53,700 bases of DNA from a virus (Duplodnaviria; Caudoviricetes): IMG/VR virus record IMGVR_UViG_3300027779_000038, positions 1-53,700 of that record. One strand, 5' to 3'. A program made the translations under genes and the position numbers. The notes under the pieces were generated by a model. That model searched no databases and had not been told where the DNA came from. It saw only the letters and a program-made list of their open reading frames with translations. Below are positions 48,101 to 53,700 of this stretch, piece after piece (the stretch's first letter is position 1; each line of letters opens with the position of its first letter).

Positions 48101-51100
48101 TATAAACGCTTTGATGTATATTAATAAAAATGCTCAAGCAATATTAAACATGCTTCCTGATAGTCACACTGAAATAAAAAGTGTTGTATCAAAATCAAAT
48201 CCTAACAAAATGGTTAAGATTGGTGGAGAATCAACCGGTGTGCCTCAAAATGTTCTTAATAAATTTTATGATAAGGGCAAAAGAGTTGGTAATAACACAC
48301 AGTGGACAAAAAAACCAAACTTAACTGTTGAAAAGCTTAGGGATGAATTAGGTATGGAGGGCACTATTAAAGACCCTACATTTAAAGCTAGAACAAATAC
48401 ATCACAATCATTAAAAGGCATACTAGAATTAGTTGGTAGAGGTATGACTAATACTGTTGCTAGAAATTATTTAGAGTCTATAGGATATAACCCATTGGTT
48501 ATAAACAATATAGCAGAGGGTAAAAATCCTTCTATGTTTAGTACCACTAAAGTAAAAGAAATAAGTGGTATAAATATATTTCAGCAAGCTGCTTTAGAAT
48601 CTGCTAAAGATGATTTTAATAGTTTTAATACTTCATCTTGGAAACCTTTTTATGATAAAATGGGTGTTAGTCCTCTTGATCCTAGTAGTTGGGCTGATAA
48701 AATGGAAATGGTAGATTTCTTTCAAAAGGTTTTACCACAATATTTACCACAAGAAATAATAGCATTACTTGGACCTACTATGACAAATGGTCCTGCTAGT
48801 TATTACAAAGCTAATAGTGATAAATTTAATGAAGCTGCAAAAGCAAATCCTAAAAAATACCCTACACAAATATTAAACTCTAATGAAGAGTTAGTAAATA
48901 ATGACAAACTAAGAGCTGCTAGTAAAGAAAAGTTTGTATTAGAAGCACTAGGCATAAAAAATATTGATGAGACTGTAGATTATAAAAAAGCAGACTGGAG
49001 CAAAATAAGTAATAGTGAGTCTTTCTTTTTTAAAGATTCTAAACAGGCGGGCAATGAAGGAGCAAAATATCAAGCTAAAAAAGATCATAAAAGTCCAACT
49101 GTGTCTAAACAACAACTAGCAGACATGAAAGTTATGTTTTATAAGCAAGGTTTTACTTCTGGTAAAGGAAACAAAAGAACCGTACAGAATAAGTTTTTAG
49201 AAACATTATGGCAAAGCAACGAGCTTAAAGCGCAAAACGCAGCTAAGTTAAGAGGTTTAAAGGCTATGTTTGAAGTGTTTGAACAAATGATGAAAGATGA
49301 TTCTAAAAATGCTAAATATATCATTGGTATTTTATCTAAAACTAGTGGTCATCAAAATGGTTTTGTTAGAGTTTCAGCTCCTATGAAGTTTATAGCTAAA
49401 AATATACTTGGTGTAGAGATAGTAGAAGAACACACACTACCAGCTTCTTTAGCTGCTAAATATTTATTTCAACAAGCCGTTAGTGGAACAGTTAATAAAA
49501 ACTTCAAAGGTATAGAAAGAAATTACATGCAAGGTATTTTATCTAAACTTGATGATAATAAATTAAAAGGTATAGGTATTGATGGAAAACCTTTTAATTA
49601 CATAAAAAGTACCCCAGAAGGTTTTACTTTAAATGATAATATATGGGCTAGGTATTTTAATCTTAATGTAGCTACTATTGAAAACGGATTTGGTATTGAT
49701 CCTAATAATTTAGAATTAGAAACAGGTAAAACTGTTGCAGAAACTTTTGGTGTAAATAATGCTGGTGCGGATATTGCAGGTATAAAAAGTGTTGAAAGAC
49801 TTAAAGCGGAATACAATAAAAAAATAGGTCCTGCTATTGTACCTCAAGAAGTACAAGAAGAATCGTTATATAGTAAGTCACCTAAATTTTCTACTAGTGA
49901 AATATTAAATAATTTTAATTTAATTGATAAGTTTAATAATAAACAAGAATCAAATTTTACTAATTCATTGAGTCTTGATAAAGATTTTAACGATATAATT
50001 GAAAATAAAACTGGTATTGCATCAGAAAAAACATACTCTAAAGTTAAAGCAGAAGTAGTAGGCTCTAGTAAAGGTAAGTTTGATTGGTTTATACCACCAT
50101 CAGCTGAAGATTTTGTAGGTTTATTATATAAAACACTAGGTAAGGGTAAAATAGGTGATAGTCAAATGGCTTGGTATAAAGCTCATTTATTAAATCCATT
50201 TTCAAGAGCAATGGATAATATATCAAGATCTAGAGTTGCGCTTGGTAATGATTTTAAAGCTCTTAAAAATAAATTAAATGTTGTACCTAAAACATTAAAG
50301 AAAAAATTACCTGGTGAAAATTTTACACAAGAACAAGCTATTAGAGTTTACATATGGAATAAGCAAGGTACAAATATTCCAGGTATGTCTGAAACAGATA
50401 TAAAAGAACTTAAAAATTTTATAGAAAATAATAATGAATTAAGATCTTTTGCAGATGAACTAATGCAACTACAAAAAGGTGATCAATATGCAAAACCTAG
50501 CGAAAGTTGGTTAGCTGGTAATATTACTACAGACTTAATGGAAGGTATTAATACTATTAAAAGAGCTAAGTTTTTAGAGCAATGGCAACAAAACGTTGAT
50601 AAAATATTTACCGAAGCTAATTTAAACAAACTAGAGGCTGCTTATGGTAAGTCTTATCGTAATGCTTTAGAAAGTAGTTTACAAAGAATGAAAACTGGTA
50701 AAAACAGATCATTTGGCGGTGATACTTTAACAGGTAGAGTTACAGACTGGTTAACAAACTCTATTGGTGCTATTATGTTTTTTAACACTAGATCAGCTGT
50801 ACTTCAAACTATATCAGCAATTAACTTTATAAACTTTGGAGATAATAATATATATGCAGCTGGTAAAGCTTTTGCTAATCAAAAACAATATTGGTCTGAT
50901 TTTAAGAAATTATTTAACTCAGACTTTTTAGTTGAAAGACGTGATGGTTTAAAACTTAACGTAAACGAAGCTGATATAGCCGAAATGGCTAAAAAAGGTG
51001 GACCAAAAGGGGTTATTGCTGGTTTACTTAGATTAGGATTTTTACCTACACAAATAGCAGATAGTTTTGCTATAGCTTCAGGAGGTTCTACTTTTTATAG

Positions 51101-51956
51101 AAACAGATTGGAAGCTTTAGAAAAACAAGGTATGTCTAAAAAAGATGCTGAAACTCAGGCTTTTCAAGATTTTAGAGAGACCGCAGAAGAATCTCAGCAG
51201 TCTAGTAGACCTGATAGAATTAGTCAACAACAAGCTGGTCCGCTAGGGCGTATTATACTAGCCTTTGCTAACACTCCAGCTCAGTATGCTAGATTAATAA
51301 AAAAAGCTGCTATTGATCTTAAGAATCGGCGAGGTGATGCTAAAACAAACATATCTAAAATAATATACTATGGTATTGCACAGAATTTAATATTTAATGC
51401 TATGCAGCAAGCTTTGTTTGCTTTAGCTTTTGAAGATGAAGATGAAGATGAAAAAGAAAAAAGAGCTGTTAACGTAGCTAACGGTATGGCTGATAGTGTT
51501 CTACGTGGTACAGGACTTGCTGGTGCTGTTGTTTCAGTGTTAAAAAATGTAGCTTTAAGATTAAATCAAGAATCAGGTAAAAAATCGCCTAAGTATCAAG
51601 ATGTGTTACAAAAAGAGATTTTACAAATATCACCACCTATATCTTCTAAAGTAGGTAAATTAAGATCAGCGGGTCGGTCATTCTCATGGAATAAAAAAGA
51701 TATGATGACAAAAGGTTGGTCTATTGAAAATCCAGCATATCTTGCTGCCGGTCAAATAATAGCCGCAACAACTAACGTTCCTTTAGATAGAGTAATTAAG
51801 AAAATAAATAATATTAAAAATTCAAGTGATTCAAAACTACAGGTTTGGCAAAGAATAGCATCTTTAGCTGGTTGGTCTGAGTGGGAGCTTGGTATACAAA
51901 AATCTAAACAAAGAAAAACTAAAATAAAAAAATATAAAGTTAAAAAAAGAGTTTAA
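45120..51956 (+). CDS. Giant multidomain internal virion / ejection protein (2278 aa)
   Basis: Gly/Ala hydrophobic segments at about aa 200-400; zincin HELLH (47004-47018); sigma-like segment; EEHTLP domain; conserved C-terminal helical region (MFFNTRSAVLQTIS, QQSSRPDRISQQQ, LAFANTPAQY). Confidence 0.8.
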   Translation: MEELYTILNERGDYVGSFEEFEKDYAKDNYKTLHKKLAQAEYYTNPYEDFVQDYKPVKSSTTTPDTVVETEEIVSDPLKSSDTESALVSNVISKVTPKGKEDEGIFASSLRSFMQGLEGVELGQESAELMQAFEDGTLSKRDYQEYIAANNNVQDNKEIASIGRYEKAYSQYIAKGENGTIATLKALWDNPDAGFPMAMNSIATVGSAPFLSKAVGKAALKYGAAGATAGAGVSAAAGALGGPVGSAVAGLTGGVSGGINGLMFGAMKQLETQLFFSEELNNGIKGELTEEKISRFFSNKKNVEEIINNAELRGIGVAAIETMFKMLPVKAGGAALKMISKRTGAGVAGKVVAVAGGAVAAAGTEAAVGMTGEATGMIMSGKELDAKQIIEEGILGPYGKVVGVAGYIGKVRMMQDEVKASSLLKNSNLDSSAAKAFDPNLKVGEAQVGISKLKNGQKIVDYEVDRMVNRSDISEQEGKDIKQNFRDVQGGSNRLKSLKLDNAAEAEAINKLRIINKLKQDIKEIDNKALSAQKQAQLDTLNEELNTSDSELFNVIKKDAAQKVEKDVSFVKKAAEALKFKVVDNLSTTEILQKFGKKEAAANGFFRDGTIYINKEVAAETRAVTVGSHELLHGILANAAKIDEKIIEQFKSKLTEDQIKLVDKKLTDNYEADYIKDNPDEFITQFSDLIAEDKIKYNDTLGTMLLDVVTPILRAAGFKNIKFDSGEQIYDFMREYSKSMKSGNLSGAIIKAVPGGVKIKDTKTTESRSKRFDTKEILSTNTDTINELATENKTTPFKQNSTQEKDLLRQYTNVALKALGYRKGAGTIAPQEAVSFVNSKFKGIMNRFNPKESKFSTWVTSNITPKRMEFYDSQIGDAAVTTSIDDERAGQIADIPTETKTNKKRDVKPTTNPLKLFGSDDKARESFIKNTIDKIKELGSLDLINSVFGLGLPSNIDNLTYKTLKTLDEQGIADLTGIPVNKIFQKADNLNQDAINALMYINKNAQAILNMLPDSHTEIKSVVSKSNPNKMVKIGGESTGVPQNVLNKFYDKGKRVGNNTQWTKKPNLTVEKLRDELGMEGTIKDPTFKARTNTSQSLKGILELVGRGMTNTVARNYLESIGYNPLVINNIAEGKNPSMFSTTKVKEISGINIFQQAALESAKDDFNSFNTSSWKPFYDKMGVSPLDPSSWADKMEMVDFFQKVLPQYLPQEIIALLGPTMTNGPASYYKANSDKFNEAAKANPKKYPTQILNSNEELVNNDKLRAASKEKFVLEALGIKNIDETVDYKKADWSKISNSESFFFKDSKQAGNEGAKYQAKKDHKSPTVSKQQLADMKVMFYKQGFTSGKGNKRTVQNKFLETLWQSNELKAQNAAKLRGLKAMFEVFEQMMKDDSKNAKYIIGILSKTSGHQNGFVRVSAPMKFIAKNILGVEIVEEHTLPASLAAKYLFQQAVSGTVNKNFKGIERNYMQGILSKLDDNKLKGIGIDGKPFNYIKSTPEGFTLNDNIWARYFNLNVATIENGFGIDPNNLELETGKTVAETFGVNNAGADIAGIKSVERLKAEYNKKIGPAIVPQEVQEESLYSKSPKFSTSEILNNFNLIDKFNNKQESNFTNSLSLDKDFNDIIENKTGIASEKTYSKVKAEVVGSSKGKFDWFIPPSAEDFVGLLYKTLGKGKIGDSQMAWYKAHLLNPFSRAMDNISRSRVALGNDFKALKNKLNVVPKTLKKKLPGENFTQEQAIRVYIWNKQGTNIPGMSETDIKELKNFIENNNELRSFADELMQLQKGDQYAKPSESWLAGNITTDLMEGINTIKRAKFLEQWQQNVDKIFTEANLNKLEAAYGKSYRNALESSLQRMKTGKNRSFGGDTLTGRVTDWLTNSIGAIMFFNTRSAVLQTISAINFINFGDNNIYAAGKAFANQKQYWSDFKKLFNSDFLVERRDGLKLNVNEADIAEMAKKGGPKGVIAGLLRLGFLPTQIADSFAIASGGSTFYRNRLEALEKQGMSKKDAETQAFQDFRETAEESQQSSRPDRISQQQAGPLGRIILAFANTPAQYARLIKKAAIDLKNRRGDAKTNISKIIYYGIAQNLIFNAMQQALFALAFEDEDEDEKEKRAVNVANGMADSVLRGTGLAGAVVSVLKNVALRLNQESGKKSPKYQDVLQKEILQISPPISSKVGKLRSAGRSFSWNKKDMMTKGWSIENPAYLAAGQIIAATTNVPLDRVIKKINNIKNSSDSKLQVWQRIASLAGWSEWELGIQKSKQRKTKIKKYKVKKRV
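45288..45345 (+). promoter_or_regulatory. Putative -1 programmed ribosomal frameshift signal (A_AAG, 7-nt spacer, H-type pseudoknot)
   Basis: Stem 1 CCACAAC(45301-07)/GTTGTGG(45318-24); stem 2 CGGATACG(45310-17)/CGTGTCCG(45338-45); the -1 frame stays open for 39 codons to TAA 45410-12. Confidence 0.7.
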
Positions 51957-51957
51957 T

Positions 51958-52335
51958 ATGGAAAATGAAAAAAAAGAAATGCGTCATTACATCGGTGCGG
52001 CCGGTATATTTACTTTAATCATATTATTATTAATGTTTTTAAGTTATGTAGAAATACCACCAGTTAATAAAGACTTATTCGTGGCGATCGTGGGAACTTT
52101 AGTTTCCAGTTTAGGAATCGTCGTTTATGTCATAATTGGACAACAGCCGGATGAAGTTACTAAATTACAAAAGAAAAACGAGTCATTAGAATCAATAACT
52201 CATCAAATGGAAAAACGTAATGATCAACTTGAAGAAATGATCATTGAAATGCAAGCAAAGATGATACAAAAATTAACTTTTTTTGGTGATCAATGTTCTT
52301 GCGGGAAAGATAATTGTGATTGTAAAACTAAATAA
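51958..52335 (+). CDS. Two-TM membrane protein with coiled coil and Cys-rich tail (possible lysis accessory)
   Basis: Two hydrophobic helices, a heptad region and a CSCGKDNCDC end; lies upstream of the endolysin. Confidence 0.65.
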   Translation: MENEKKEMRHYIGAAGIFTLIILLLMFLSYVEIPPVNKDLFVAIVGTLVSSLGIVVYVIIGQQPDEVTKLQKKNESLESITHQMEKRNDQLEEMIIEMQAKMIQKLTFFGDQCSCGKDNCDCKTK

Positions 52336-52341
52336 CTAAAT

Positions 52342-52422
52342 ATGACATCAAATGAAATTACTATAGTAATATTGATTGTTATTATAGTTGGTTTTTTAGT
52401 TGGAATTAAACTAAATAAATAA
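52342..52422 (+). CDS. 26-aa single-TM peptide (MTSNEITIVILIVIIVGFLVGIKLNK)
   Basis: Not in the ORF track; TAATG-coupled to the endolysin start. Confidence 0.5.
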   Translation: MTSNEITIVILIVIIVGFLVGIKLNK

Positions 52423-52775
52423 TGCAATATTTTAACATAACAGAATTTGATAGTCCAGATCACCTAGGTAGTGGTAAGGCTATGAAGCAGCATGTATTAG
52501 ATATGTTGGATGAAGCTCGTGGAAAGTTTGACAAAGCTATAGTTATAACCTCAGGTTATAGAACTAAATCTCATAATGAGAAAGTTGGTGGAGTAAAAAA
52601 TAGCGCTCACCTTGGTGGATGGGCTGCTGATATTTCTTGTAGAACTTCAAGAGATAGATATCATTTAGTAAATTGCTTACTAGACGTTGGGTTTAATCGT
52701 ATAGGGGTAGCGGGTACATTTATTCATGTTGACGCAGACCCAGATAAAGACCCAGACATAATGTGGACATATTAA
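52422..52775 (+). CDS. Peptidase M15A-family endolysin (Zn peptidase)
   Basis: ITSGYRT..HN..VGG...SAH..G.AADI...GF.RIGV...FIHVD. Confidence 0.88.
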   Translation: MQYFNITEFDSPDHLGSGKAMKQHVLDMLDEARGKFDKAIVITSGYRTKSHNEKVGGVKNSAHLGGWAADISCRTSRDRYHLVNCLLDVGFNRIGVAGTFIHVDADPDKDPDIMWTY

Positions 52776-52823
52776 ATAAGGAACACGAAAAAATGGGCTT
52801 CCACCCCCAAAAGTTCCTGCAAT

Positions 52824-52860
52824 TGAAGGGAGATCATAACGGTCTCCCTTCATTATTTTT
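52824..52860 (+). terminator. Terminator between the convergent structural and nrdA transcription units
   Basis: TGAAGGGAGATC-ataac-GGTCTCCCTTCA 12-bp hairpin followed by TTATTTTT. Confidence 0.8.
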
Positions 52861-53698
52861 ACCCGTCACAGGACAAACACTCTTCGTCCATCGCAGCAGC
52901 CGCTATGTCACCTCTAAGGACAGATTCTGTCCTCATATAGTATAAGGTCTTAATACCTTTTTTCCATGCATCTAAGTGTACCTTATTGATCCATTTAGGT
53001 GTAGCCTCTGAAGGAAAAGCTAGGTTTAAACTAACAGACTGATCTATATACTGTTGCCTAATTCCTGCTTGATTTACTAATTCTAATTGATTTATCTCTT
53101 TAAATGTTTTAAATACATCTTTAGCTGGGACATCATTAGTAAATGTAAGATCATTTAGTTCTTTTATACCTTGAACTGATCCACCATCTCTTAATATCTT
53201 ATCCCATATTTTTTCAGTATTTAATTTATGTTTACGTAAAAACTTAACTAAAGTAGGATTCTTTCTAATAAAAGTACCTTTAGCTGATTGCTCTGTAAAT
53301 ACATTAGCTGCCCAAGGCTCTATACCGGGTGATATATTACCAGACAACTTACTGTTACTAACTGTAGGTGCTATAGCTCTTAAATGAGTGTTACGCATAC
53401 CAGTGCCTGTACACCACAGCGGTTCACCGTAAGTATCACCTAGGTTTCTACTAGCTCTATCAGACTCTATCTTGATCTGACTAAATATTCTACGCGTTTC
53501 ATACTGTGACAATAGCCCTTCAAATGGTATACCTTTTTCTTGTAAGTATGTGTGCCATCCTAAAACTCCCAAGCCTACAGCTCTACCTTTTTGAGCAGAT
53601 CTAACAGCATTTTCAAATCCCCGTAATCCTTTAGCTCTATGTATAAACTCTTCCATAACTCCATCTAAAAACCATATGCTATAATAAATAAGATTAGT
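52859..53698 (-). CDS. nrdA: Ribonucleotide reductase large subunit, class I, C-terminal part (5' end lies outside the window)
   Basis: RAVGLGVLG, MRNTHLRAIAPTVSNS, GIEP, RQQYIDQSVSLNL, GIKTLYYMR and C-terminal CLSCDG; frame open to the window edge. Confidence 0.93.
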   Translation of the reverse strand, partial: TNLIYYSIWFLDGVMEEFIHRAKGLRGFENAVRSAQKGRAVGLGVLGWHTYLQEKGIPFEGLLSQYETRRIFSQIKIESDRASRNLGDTYGEPLWCTGTGMRNTHLRAIAPTVSNSKLSGNISPGIEPWAANVFTEQSAKGTFIRKNPTLVKFLRKHKLNTEKIWDKILRDGGSVQGIKELNDLTFTNDVPAKDVFKTFKEINQLELVNQAGIRQQYIDQSVSLNLAFPSEATPKWINKVHLDAWKKGIKTLYYMRTESVLRGDIAAAAMDEECLSCDG

Positions 53699-53700
53699 GT

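Noticed and set aside
45120-51956. Virion RNA polymerase as in crAss-like phages
   Set aside because: No DxDxD (DFDID/DFDGD) catalytic motif found in the translation.
52763-52945. 60-aa + strand ORF spanning the terminator
   Set aside because: Crosses the terminator hairpin and overlaps nrdA antisense; likely spurious.

Overview
This AT-rich window is the morphogenesis (late) arm of a lytic, short-tailed dsDNA phage with a crAss-like gene layout. The host is most likely an aquatic Bacteroidota/Flavobacteria: start codons sit in A-rich contexts without Shine-Dalgarno motifs. Almost every gene is on the + strand. The order is: a 5'-truncated gene broken at an A11 run; six tail-fibre/adhesin paralogues (Gly-rich and LamG-like modules); phage groEL-groES; a block of small basic or low-complexity genes with a holin and a head-spike base; a tandem GroES-like protein; TerS, TerL, portal, scaffold and major capsid; ring and muzzle tail proteins; three ejection-type proteins, the last 2278 aa; and an M15 endolysin. 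A ribonucleotide reductase large subunit converges from the - strand. No tRNA, CRISPR array or mobile element was seen. The most unusual content is a second coding layer inside core genes. (i) A lipoprotein-like ORF is overprinted in the +1 frame of terL, exactly where GC rises from about 20% to about 58%, followed by a second short +1 ORF. (ii) Two small basic ORFs are overprinted in the +1 frame of the scaffold gene. (iii) An A_AAG motif plus an H-type pseudoknot forms a -1 frameshift signal at codon 58 of the giant ejection protein. (iv) The same giant protein looks like a polyprotein carrying a zincin protease, a sigma-70-like region 2/region 4 module and a His-Me-nuclease-like domain. All family assignments are motif recognition by eye, not database results.
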